This document shows positions 48,703 through 56,709 of a DNA stretch of 64,000 nt, piece by piece (positions within the stretch are counted from its first letter, which is position 1; each line of letters opens with the position of its first letter). Under the pieces are notes generated by a model. The model made no database searches. It was not told the DNA's origin and worked only from the letters and a program-made list of their open reading frames with translations. Location of the stretch: the NCBI GenBank assembly GCA_947054455.1, contig CAMRWN010000001.1:4595-68594 (forward strand), in the 5' to 3' direction. The translations under genes were made by a program, and so were the position numbers. This stretch comes from an uncultured Alphaproteobacteria bacterium (lineage in GTDB: Bacteria; Pseudomonadota; Alphaproteobacteria; Rs-D84).

Positions 48703-49258
48703 ATTTTGATTTGAAATTTTTCCAGGATTCCATGACCGCCTTCAGCTCCCTTTCGCATTTATCAGCCTCGTCCATAGTACAGCCCAATATAATTCCAGCA
48801 CCCAGCTGGGAAAAAAGCAGCGCTATAATCAACGTAGCATTTTTGGCGGCACTGACTCCCAATATTGACACAATTTCATATGCACATAAAATTTTGATTA
48901 AATTTACCTTCCTGGATAATTTTGCGGCAAGATATCCGACTTCATTCAACAGAAATTCTACGCCGCTGTCCTTTACGTTGCTTTTGATTATTTTCAACAG
49001 TGTCTGAAAACTATGGATATCCTTGACATTGGTTCCAATCAGCAACAGTTTAAGCGTAGCCAGCCATTGGCGATTTTCCGGATGCAACATTCTAAGGCGC
49101 GCATCATACAACTGACGCTCACTTTCAGTCTGCAGAGTATCAAAATTCAGCATTTGTTCAAATCTGTTCATATATGCCTGATTTACCGTCTCTGGCGTCG
49201 CATCACGGGAAACACACAGCAGATTGGCGGCATCATTTCTTTTATCTATATCCATCAT
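48701..49258 (-). CDS. hypothetical protein with a hydrophobic C-terminal half
   Basis: 185-aa ORF. The N-terminus is loosely J-domain-like but lacks HPD (it has HPE). Confidence 0.5.
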   Translation of the reverse strand: MMDIDKRNDAANLLCVSRDATPETVNQAYMNRFEQMLNFDTLQTESERQLYDARLRMLHPENRQWLATLKLLLIGTNVKDIHSFQTLLKIIKSNVKDSGVEFLLNEVGYLAAKLSRKVNLIKILCAYEIVSILGVSAAKNATLIIALLFSQLGAGIILGCTMDEADKCERELKAVMESWKNFKSK

Positions 49259-49394
49259 AACTGTATCCTTGTTTTATTTTTGTCAAACAATATTATCATC
49301 GCCATTTCGAAAATCAAATACAAATGTATTTATTATTGCAAAACACCGAATTAGGTATAATAATAGTGGCGTTAATATTTTCTAGGGGTAAAAA

Positions 49395-50756
49395 ATGCCA
49401 GCAAAAACAATCAACGACATTGTCGCCCTGTGCAAACGGCGCGGCTTTATTTTCACAGGTTCTGAAATCTATGGCGGCCTGGGTGGTGCATACGATTACG
49501 GCCCGTACGGCGTGGAATTGATGAAAAACATACGCAACGCGTGGTGGAACGCGATGGTTTATTCGCGCAATGATATCGAAGGTCTGGATGCGGCGCTGAT
49601 ATCAAACCGACTGTTGTGGAAATATTCCGGACACGAGGGTGGTTTTTCAGACCCGCTGGTCGAATGCAAAAAATGCGGCGCCCGCATGCGTCAGGATAAA
49701 ATGAAAGACCAAACGAAATGCGACAACTGCGGCAGCACGGAAATCACCGAACCGCGCGCGTACCAGCTGATGATGGGACTGTCGATTGGCGCGACGGCCG
49801 ACGGCGCAATAAACGCCTATCTGCGTCCGGAAACAGCAACGACGACATATACCAATTTCAAGAACGTTCTTGACGCGAAACCGCACAAACTGCCGTTCGG
49901 CATCGCCCAGATTGGCAAGGCGTTCCGCAACGAAATTTCCCCCCGCGGATTTGTTTTCCGCATGCGCGAATTTGAACAGGCGGAAATGCAGTATTTTGTA
50001 AAACCGTCCGATGATGAAAAGTATTTTGACATGTGGAAAGAAACACGCATGGCGTGGTGGGTCAACGCGCTGGGGATACCCGCGCAATCACTGCGCTTTC
50101 TGCCGCATGAAAAGCTGGCGCACTATGCCAAGGCCGCATGCGACATCGAATACGCGTTTCCCGACGGATTTGACGAGGTAGAAGGAATACACAACCGCCA
50201 GGACTTTGACCTGGGGTCCCACACCAAGGCGCAGGACGAATTCAAAATCGCCGCAAACGTCATGGAAAACAAGGACAGCACGGTAAAACTGTCGTACAGC
50301 GACCCGCAGACCGGTGAAAATTTCATCCCGTATGTCATTGAAACGGCGATGGGTGTAAACCGCGCAATGCTGGCGGTCATGCACAACGCATACACCGAAG
50401 AAGAACTGCCCGATGGAAAATCACGCCTGGTTTTGAAACTGAAACCGTGGCTGAGTCCGGTAAAGGCGGCGGTAATCCCGCTGGCGCGCAATGTTCCCGA
50501 ACTGCTGGATATTGCAAACAATATTGAAAACGATTTGCGCAAACTGAACATCGGACGCATAGAGCTGGAAAATTCCGGCAACATCGGCAAGAACTATCGT
50601 CGCCACGACGAAATCGGCACGCCGGTATGCATCACCGTCGACCACCAGACAATGGAAGACGGCACGATAACCCTGCGTCATCGCGACACCATGGCGCAAG
50701 AGCGCTGTGCCATCGCGGATGTACCACGCCGGGTTATGGAAATAATCAACGGATAA
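49395..50756 (+). CDS. glyQS: glycine--tRNA ligase, homodimeric (alpha2) type
   Basis: RRGFIFTGSEIYGGLGGAYDYGPYG N-terminus. 453 aa, single-chain form. Confidence 0.92.
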   Translation: MPAKTINDIVALCKRRGFIFTGSEIYGGLGGAYDYGPYGVELMKNIRNAWWNAMVYSRNDIEGLDAALISNRLLWKYSGHEGGFSDPLVECKKCGARMRQDKMKDQTKCDNCGSTEITEPRAYQLMMGLSIGATADGAINAYLRPETATTTYTNFKNVLDAKPHKLPFGIAQIGKAFRNEISPRGFVFRMREFEQAEMQYFVKPSDDEKYFDMWKETRMAWWVNALGIPAQSLRFLPHEKLAHYAKAACDIEYAFPDGFDEVEGIHNRQDFDLGSHTKAQDEFKIAANVMENKDSTVKLSYSDPQTGENFIPYVIETAMGVNRAMLAVMHNAYTEEELPDGKSRLVLKLKPWLSPVKAAVIPLARNVPELLDIANNIENDLRKLNIGRIELENSGNIGKNYRRHDEIGTPVCITVDHQTMEDGTITLRHRDTMAQERCAIADVPRRVMEIING

Positions 50757-50781
50757 AAAAACCGCCCAAGGGCGGTTTTTT
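50755..50781. terminator. bidirectional terminator
   Basis: accgcc/ggcggt hairpin with an A-run and a T-run between convergent genes. Confidence 0.65.
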
Positions 50782-51064
50782 ATTTTGCCACACGCTGGCG
50801 GAATTCGTTGCTGGGGCGGAACGTCGCAACGCGCCGCGCCGATATAACCGCCGGCGCGCCAGTTTTGGGGTTGCGACCCATGCGCGCCGATTTTGTCAGA
50901 ATCTTGAACGTGCCGAACCCTGCGAATTTTACATCTTCGCCGTGAACCAATGCCTCGCGTATTTCATCAAAAACTACGTCGACCAATTTGTACGCGTCCG
51001 CCGTCGTCAATCCGAAACGCTCGCGCAGACGGTTTGCAAAATCACTTCTGGTTATTGTTGCCAT
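50780..51064 (-). CDS. ihfA: integration host factor subunit alpha (HU/IHF family)
   Basis: GFGTFKILTKSARMGRNPKTGAPAVISARRVATFRPS. fabH-ihfA synteny. Confidence 0.75.
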   Translation of the reverse strand: MATITRSDFANRLRERFGLTTADAYKLVDVVFDEIREALVHGEDVKFAGFGTFKILTKSARMGRNPKTGAPAVISARRVATFRPSNEFRQRVAK

Positions 51065-51080
51065 TTTTCATCCCCCATAT

Positions 51081-52019
51081 TTAAATGCGAACCAACGCCG
51101 CGCCCCAGGTCAGCCCGCTGCCAAAGGCCGGATACAAAACCAGCTGACCCTTTTTAATCAGTCCGTTGTCCAATCCATAAGACAATGCCAGCACGCCGGA
51201 CGCACCGCTGGTATTGGCATGCTTGTCGACCGTGACCAGAATCTTTTCCAACGGGAATCCCAGACGCTGGGCCCCGCTTTGTATAATGCGCAGGTTGGCC
51301 TGGTGCGGAATAATCCAATCCACATTGTCCGCCGTTATTCCAGCGTGTTCCATGATATAGCTGGCCGCGGCCGGTATCAGGGTTACGGCCTTCTTGTATG
51401 TTTCCGGCCCGTTCATGATGATGTGGTGATCCATGCTGCCGTGCAGCATTTCAAATTCGCGCCCATCAGACATGACAACCGTGTCGATAATCCCCGAATA
51501 GCTGGACGTTGAATGTTCGAAAATCAATGCCCCGGCGCCGTCGCCGAACAACACGGCCGTGCTGCGGTCGGTCCAGTCGATAAATCGCGACATCTTTTCC
51601 GCACCAATCAGCATTATGCGCCGATGCATTCCGGCGGTGAAAAACGCGCGCGCGCAGTGCAGTGCATATATAAAACCTGTGCAGGCCCCGCTGACATCGA
51701 ATGCCGGCATGTTTTTCGTCGCCCCCAGACGCCCCAGAACCTGGACGCCGACGGCCGGGAAATCCAGTTCCGACGATGTCGTCGCGACAATGACCAAGTC
51801 AATATCGTCAATTGTCAGTTTTGCGTTTTCCAGCGCGCGCGCCGCCGCAGCCGACGCCATGTCGACAACAGTTTCATTTTCCGCCGCAAAGTGGCGCTGA
51901 CGCATGCCGGTGCGCTGAACAATCCATTCGTCGGACGTATCCATAATCTTTTCAAAATCTTGATTGGTCATTACCTTTTCGGGTAAATAAGACCCGTATC
52001 CAATCAGTCTGCTTCCCAT
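51081..52019 (-). CDS. fabH: beta-ketoacyl-ACP synthase III
   Basis: DVSGACTGFIYAL active-site Cys block, HQANLRI, GFGSGLTWGA. The ORF-track N-terminal extension overlaps tRNA-Arg. The ATG at 52019 has an AAGGAAAGG RBS. Confidence 0.92.
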   Translation of the reverse strand: MGSRLIGYGSYLPEKVMTNQDFEKIMDTSDEWIVQRTGMRQRHFAAENETVVDMASAAAARALENAKLTIDDIDLVIVATTSSELDFPAVGVQVLGRLGATKNMPAFDVSGACTGFIYALHCARAFFTAGMHRRIMLIGAEKMSRFIDWTDRSTAVLFGDGAGALIFEHSTSSYSGIIDTVVMSDGREFEMLHGSMDHHIIMNGPETYKKAVTLIPAAASYIMEHAGITADNVDWIIPHQANLRIIQSGAQRLGFPLEKILVTVDKHANTSGASGVLALSYGLDNGLIKKGQLVLYPAFGSGLTWGAALVRI

Positions 52020-52107
52020 AACCTTTCCTTTTCCTTCGCACCGTATTATAATTGCCATGATTATAACTTGCAATATTAAAATAGGTGCAATAAAATACAA
52101 ACCGCAC

Positions 52108-52183
52108 GTCCCCATAGTTCAACAGGATAGAACAAATTCCTCCTAAGAATTAGATGCAGGTTCGAGCCCTGCTGGGGACGCCA
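52108..52183 (+). tRNA. tRNA-Arg (anticodon CCU)
   Basis: Acceptor GTCCCCA/TGGGGAC, anticodon stem AATTC/GAATT with loop CTCCTAA, T-loop GGTTCGAGCCC, encoded CCA. Confidence 0.88.
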
Positions 52184-52212
52184 GCATCCGAACCAAGCGC
52201 ATTAAAGGAAAC

Positions 52213-52542
52213 ATGAAAAACAAAGCCGTAAAAATAGGAATAATCGCATCAATCGTGCCGCACATATTTTGCTGTGGCCTGCCGATTGCGCTGTCGGTCA
52301 TCGGACTGATTGCGCCGGACGCGGCCCACATGCACATTGTCCCGCATTGGCTGGAACCGTGGATATTCGTATTTTCGGCTGTAATGCTGCTGATATCGTG
52401 GTCAATGGTGCTGCGGGAATGCGGATGCGAATGCGACCACTGCCACGGCGGCAAATCCCACAAAACCCAGAAAATAATACTGGGCGTCATAACGATTGCA
52501 TTTATAATCAGCATCGCATTGCATATCACCGCGCACAATTAA
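52213..52542 (+). CDS. small Cys/His-rich integral membrane protein (possible metal binding)
   Basis: 109 aa, 3 TM. A CC pair lies inside TM1 (PHIFCCGLP). The loop sequence is ECGCECDHCHGGKSH. Confidence 0.55.
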   Translation: MKNKAVKIGIIASIVPHIFCCGLPIALSVIGLIAPDAAHMHIVPHWLEPWIFVFSAVMLLISWSMVLRECGCECDHCHGGKSHKTQKIILGVITIAFIISIALHITAHN

Positions 52543-52629
52543 TACCAACCTGACACGAGTATTTATCGGTTGACAAAAATATTTTTACAATCAATAATCA
52601 TAAACAATTTAAACATCAAAGGCAGTATA

Positions 52630-53400
52630 ATGAATCAAAAAGTATTCCCAGGCAGCAAGTACGAAGAACGCAAAGCATACAAAAAAGCCGAACAACGTGC
52701 AAGACAGCTGCGGCAAAAATCTGAACAGGCAGCCGAGAACAAAGAACTGGATAAAAAGATGGGCGCAATAGCGCGCTTGATAATTGCGCGACGCGGGTTC
52801 TATACATTTACCGCGGTTGCACTGCTGTCGGTTGCCTTGGGGTCTGCAACTTGGGGTATATCCAAAGCAGCAATACCAGATAAAACATTGTCATATCCGG
52901 ACACATTCAAGAACGCATATAATATCAAAAATCTGGGCGACAAAGACAAAGCATTTGATACAACCATTGCGATGCTATGGTTAATGGTTGCAGCCATCGC
53001 GGCCCGCGCCAACGTCAATAATAACAAGAAACGTGCCAGAAAACTGACCAAAAACATTGAATCCAACAGATATTATCAAGCAAACATAGATGTCTTTAAC
53101 AGCAGAATGTTAAACACACTATACAGAGAGCAAAATAAAGACTCGCTCACGGTGTCCGTCAACGACAAAATGGACGCTATAGCCCGCGAAATTATAAAGA
53201 AATTTGCATCTGAAAATCCTGAGTTTTTCGAAAACATTCTCGAAAATCGCATATCTAGAATCACACGCGATTACGCCATCACCGTTATAGAAGGACATTT
53301 GAAATCACACCCAGAAGATTTCGAAAAGCTTCTGGACGCCTATATCCCGGAATCCCTGCCGAAATCATTGGTAAGAAAGTACGGACAAAAAAATCGCTAG
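52630..53400 (+). CDS. hypothetical membrane-associated protein
   Basis: ORF track 52570..53400. ATG at 52630. Basic coiled N-terminus, two hydrophobic segments, AT-rich codon usage. Confidence 0.5.
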   Translation: MNQKVFPGSKYEERKAYKKAEQRARQLRQKSEQAAENKELDKKMGAIARLIIARRGFYTFTAVALLSVALGSATWGISKAAIPDKTLSYPDTFKNAYNIKNLGDKDKAFDTTIAMLWLMVAAIAARANVNNNKKRARKLTKNIESNRYYQANIDVFNSRMLNTLYREQNKDSLTVSVNDKMDAIAREIIKKFASENPEFFENILENRISRITRDYAITVIEGHLKSHPEDFEKLLDAYIPESLPKSLVRKYGQKNR

Positions 53401-53404
53401 AAAT

Positions 53405-53436
53405 AAAAAAACAGGGAACAAAATCCCTGTTTTTTT
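53405..53436. terminator. bidirectional terminator
   Basis: caggga/tccctg hairpin between an A-run and a T-run. Confidence 0.7.
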
Positions 53437-53584
53437 GTCTCTAATCCGGCACCTGACATTTTCCATCCGTATTTAATCCCGAAAAAACACACCGCCGGCA
53501 ATTACTTGCCGACGGCTGCTCCTCTCCTTCCGGAAAACCGGAAACTGTCATGCCCCAGAAATCACCGCACACACGTGCGACAAA

Positions 53585-53923
53585 TTATGCGGCCATTGCA
53601 ACTTTTTGGTCTGCGGATGCGTCCGTTGCGGCATCCATGACCTTTTTCGCCTCTGCAAAAACCATTTCCTTGACGCGCAAGGCCAATACTTTGGTTTCCA
53701 TGCTTTCGGCACAAACGTCGAAATTATCCGTGCGAATCTGCAGCGATACATACGCCCCGACCAGCGCCGGGCGCGGCAAATCTTCGATTGAACGCGGCGC
53801 GTTGTTGCGGCCGATTTTCAATTCATCCGCCAGCGATATAATCTGGCGTTCTTCGTTAACCCAAACCGTCGTCGTCAGAACCTGGTTCAGGGCAATCATT
53901 ATTTCTTTGATATTTTTTTGCAT
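53585..53923 (-). CDS. hypothetical 112-aa protein
   Basis: ORF track 53585..54052. The ATG at 53923 has AAGGGGGG upstream. A minus-strand hairpin plus T-run lies downstream (about 53490-53530). Confidence 0.5.
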   Translation of the reverse strand: MQKNIKEIMIALNQVLTTTVWVNEERQIISLADELKIGRNNAPRSIEDLPRPALVGAYVSLQIRTDNFDVCAESMETKVLALRVKEMVFAEAKKVMDAATDASADQKVAMAA

Positions 53924-54301
53924 GTGCGGTCCCCCCTTTCTGTGTATTTTTGTAAATAAAATCAAATTATTTTTGTATTTACGCATTGTATTTACAAAAA
54001 ACAATTTTAATTTTATATTCCTGTTTTCTTTTTGGCAGAATTCCGGTTTCAAGGCGGTTTTCTGGGCTTTTTATTTCTTTTTCTCTTGTCTATACACGAA
54101 TCATAGAACAAAAACGATTCGCAGGTCAAGCAGAAAATTAAATATTTGCATTTTATTTGAAAAAACATGAATTTTACTTTCAAACCCATAAAATCCCATA
54201 CATATATTATAAAATGTCATTGACAACCATAATACGGCGTGCTAGATTTCAATCGAAGTCAGGAAAGGAACGGCGCAGTCCCGCAAAACAAGGACCATAA
54301 A

Positions 54302-54751
54302 ATGTCATTGTTTCTCTCATCTTATGAAAATCGTTTGGATACCAAGGGACGTATTTCTGTACCGGCCTCTTTCCGGGCTTCGGTTGCATCTGACAAATTT
54401 TCGGGTGTGGTGTTATTCCGCTCTTTTACAAACAACTGTATCGAAGGCATGTCAATGTCGCGCATGGAACAGTTGGCGGCGGCCACGGACAAGATGGGCG
54501 TATTCGACCGCGAACTGGACGATTTGTCGGCAATGCTGTTTGCGGATGCGCGCCCGCTGTCGTTTGATTCGACGGGCCGCATAATTATTCCGGCGGACAT
54601 GCTGACACACGCCGGCATACGCGACAGCGCGGTTTTCGTCGGCCGCGGGAACAGCTTTCAAATCTGGTCCCCGGAACAATTCCGCACAGCCCAGGAAAAA
54701 TCACTGGCCAGATTGCGCACCGCCCGCCCCAATTTGAAAATCGCCGAATAA
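54302..54751 (+). CDS. mraZ: transcriptional regulator MraZ
   Basis: Two MraZ repeats: DTKGRISVPASFR and DSTGRIIIPADML. Starts at MSLFLSSYE. Confidence 0.9.
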   Translation: MSLFLSSYENRLDTKGRISVPASFRASVASDKFSGVVLFRSFTNNCIEGMSMSRMEQLAAATDKMGVFDRELDDLSAMLFADARPLSFDSTGRIIIPADMLTHAGIRDSAVFVGRGNSFQIWSPEQFRTAQEKSLARLRTARPNLKIAE

Positions 54752-54789
54752 TTCCCCGTCCGCTGTAATCTAAGCCATCTATCCCCCTA

Positions 54790-55303
54790 GTCATCGCGAG
54801 CGAAGCGTGGCGATCCAGTAAATTGATGTACCTTGCCGCTTTGCTTCTGGATTGCGTCGCTACGCTCGCAATGACAAGGGTGTTTAACAGCCCAGGAAAT
54901 TAATAACCTTTGTCATCGCGAGGAAGCGTACGCGACCGTGGCGATCCAGTCTCTTCATCCCATTTGTCATCGCGAGCGAAGCGTGGCGATCCAGTAAATT
55001 GATGCACTTTGCTGCTTTACTTCTGGATTGCTTCGTGTATCACCCACGCGAACAGGTTCGCGCGGGGCCCGATATCGCTCGCAATGACAAGGGTGTTTAA
55101 CAGCCCAGGAAATTAATAACCTTTGTCATCGCGATGTTTGCTTTTCTACCTTTGTCATCGCGAGCGAAGCGTGGCGATCCAGTAAATTGATGTACCTTGC
55201 CGCTTTGCTTCTGGATTGCGTCGCTACGCTCGCAATGACAAGGGTGTTTAACAGCCCAGGAAATTAATAACCTTTGTCATCGCGAGCGAAGCGTGGCGAT
55301 CCA
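54790..55303. repeat. array of palindromic hairpin repeats (REP/MITE-like), left
   Basis: The 29-nt arm gtcatcgcgagcgaagcgtggcgatccag occurs at 54790, 54966, 55154 and 55276, plus a variant at 54912 and a stub at 55125. It alternates with its imperfect inverse ctggattgcgtcgctacgctcgcaatgac. 54790-54922 equals 55154-55286 exactly. Confidence 0.9.
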
Positions 55304-55349
55304 TAATATTTATTTGCATTTCGAATATTATTTAAGATACAGTATCATT

Positions 55350-55472
55350 ATGCGCGTGGCCGCGCCCCGCCCCGTTTGGTTGGAGGGTGATGAATATATA
55401 GAATAAATCACACTATTGTAAGGTATAAGTTAGGAACCTCCAACCGCCTTGAAAAATTTCAGGCGTTTTTTT
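55350..55472 (+). ncRNA. structured RNA, unit A (short paralog), class unknown
   Basis: Promoter TTGCAT-18-TACAGT (55314-55343). GC hairpin 55352-55365. GGTTGGAGG 55378-55386 pairs with CCTCCAACC 55437-55445. Stem gtgat/atcac closes a 15-nt loop gaatatatagaataa. Terminator 55446-55472. Confidence 0.45.
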
Positions 55473-55509
55473 ATTTGATATTCCAATCTTTTTAAGATAT
55501 ACTACCCAT

Positions 55510-55689
55510 TGTAATAGGGGTCCTATTATGCGAGATTAAGCTCTCGCACAACCAGCGCCCGCGCGGGCGTAAAATGCCAACCCGAATGGGGGTTGGAGGC
55601 CGTGAATATATTGAATAAACGGTGAGCATCTGGTTGTGCAAAAAGCTTAACCTCCAATCCCCGCCCTGTACATTACATGGCGGATTTTT
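55510..55689 (+). ncRNA. structured RNA, unit B, class unknown
   Basis: Promoter TTGATA-17-TATACT (55475-55503). Two 5' hairpins. Long-range helix 55536-55555 / 55630-55650. 12-bp helix 55588-55599 / 55651-55662. Loop gaatatattgaataa. Terminator 55661-55689. Confidence 0.55.
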
Positions 55690-55757
55690 ATTATAATCGG
55701 TGTATGATTTTGATGGAATTTCCATAAAAGTCTGATAAAGTACTGATTATAAATAGG

Positions 55758-55929
55758 TGCATCCTGTTATAGTGAGCCTGAAAAACTCATAACAAAGTCG
55801 CCCGCGCGGGCGTTATCGCGTCCAACCTCATTTGGTTGGAGTCGGTCGAATACACAAAATAAGACCGGGGATTAACTTTGTTATCTTTTTCAGCTCCAAC
55901 CACCTCGAAATAATTTCCGGTGGTTTTTT
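55758..55929 (+). ncRNA. structured RNA, unit C, class unknown (possibly also the leader of the next ORF)
   Basis: Same architecture as B with different helix sequences: 55778-55798 / 55875-55893 and 55834-55841 / 55894-55901. Loop gaatacacaaaataa. Terminator 55900-55929. The 5' end is not well defined. Confidence 0.5.
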
Positions 55930-55952
55930 GTTTTTTGACAATGGGGGCGGGG

Positions 55953-56165
55953 ATGACACTGCATCAAGAAATCGAGGCTATACGCCGGGAACTTAATATC
56001 CCGAAGTACATAGTTTGCAATGCTTTTAATCTGGACGATGATAAGGAATACGACCGGTTGATTAACGGCCGCAAGCCGTTGTCAGTGTACCAGATGATAA
56101 TGTTTATTGATTTGACGCATCGTGTGCCGGACGCACTGACGGATGAATGCGTACGTCGATTGTAG
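55953..56165 (+). CDS. small XRE-like HTH protein
   Basis: ORF track 55920..56165 starts inside the unit C terminator. ATG at 55953 (or 55941). EIEAIRRELNIPKYIVCNAF ... RLINGRKPLSVYQMIMFIDL looks like a Cro/XRE HTH. Confidence 0.45.
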   Translation: MTLHQEIEAIRRELNIPKYIVCNAFNLDDDKEYDRLINGRKPLSVYQMIMFIDLTHRVPDALTDECVRRL

Positions 56166-56177
56166 CGGGCTAATTTA

Positions 56178-56466
56178 CTGGATTGCTTCGCGTTGCTCGC
56201 AATGACAAGAGTGTTTAAAAGCCTGGCAATTAACAACCCTTGTCATTGCGAGGGAGCATATGCGACCGCGGCAATCCAGAAGTAAAGCGGCAAAGCGCAT
56301 CAATTGACTGGATCGCTTCGCGTTGCTCGCAATGACAGGAGTGTTTAAGAGCCTGGCAATTAATAACCCTTGTCATTGCGAGGGAGCATATGCGACCGCG
56401 GCAATCCAGAAGCAAAGCGGCAAAGCGCATCAATTGACTGGATCGCCACGCTTCGCTCGCGATGAC
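56178..56466. repeat. array of palindromic hairpin repeats, right
   Basis: Two 130-bp units (56178-56307, 56308-56437) plus a terminal arm, 56438-56466, that is the exact reverse complement of the left-array 29-mer. Confidence 0.9.
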
Positions 56467-56517
56467 AAGAGTGTTTTTACGAGCGACACATTGACAATGA
56501 GACACAAAGGAGCCGAA

Positions 56518-56709
56518 ATGACGGATGACAAACAATTTTATGCCGATTTGGGGCGCGTGCTTATCGCCGCGCGAATGCAACGACGCCTGGGGATTGATGA
56601 TATGTCGCGTCTGACCCGAATTCCGGCGGCGCGATACCATGCAATCGAATGCGGCGACGAAATAACCGTGCGCGAACTGATTGCAATTCTGTGCAGTCTT
56701 AACACATAA
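56518..56709 (+). CDS. small XRE-like HTH protein
   Basis: AAGGAG 6 nt before the ATG at 56518. LGRVLIAARMQRRLGIDDMSRLTRIPAARYHAIECG. The ORF-track N-terminal extension only translates repeat sequence. Confidence 0.55.
   Translation: MTDDKQFYADLGRVLIAARMQRRLGIDDMSRLTRIPAARYHAIECGDEITVRELIAILCSLNT

Noticed and set aside
48701-49258. A J-domain-like N-terminus (LLCVSRDATPETVNQAYMNRF ... LHPENRQ).
   Set aside because: The HPD tripeptide is absent (it reads HPE) and lies about 20 residues further from helix I than in true J-domains. The resemblance is too weak to annotate.
52019-52115. The N-terminal extension of the fabH ORF (track start 52115).
   Set aside because: The extension overlaps tRNA-Arg(CCU) and encodes hydrophobic nonsense. 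The internal ATG at 52019 has a good RBS and matches the usual FabH N-terminus (MGSRLIGYGSYLP).
55378-55630. Micro-ORFs directly after the GGAGG in the RNA units (A: ATG AAT ATA TAG; B: GTG AAT ATA TTG AAT AAA CGG TGA).
   Set aside because: The spacing from GGAGG to the start is only 0-3 nt. Unit C has no start codon at the equivalent place. The peptide is not conserved, whereas the RNA loop and helices are.
54790-56466. Regularly recurring 29-nt repeats with roughly 28-35-nt intervening sequences could be called a CRISPR array by automated tools.
   Set aside because: Adjacent repeats are inverted relative to each other (hairpin arms). The spacers are themselves repeated (two conserved loop sequences). 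Spacing is irregular (122, 54, 188, 122 bp). No cas genes are present.
55492-56709. ORF-track entries 55492..55725 (-), 55964..56236 (-), 56230..56640 (-) and the N-terminal part of 56323..56709 (+).
   Set aside because: They run through terminator hairpins and palindromic repeats, giving VIASEAWRS / LRFARNDK-type translations of repeat DNA. They lack RBSs.
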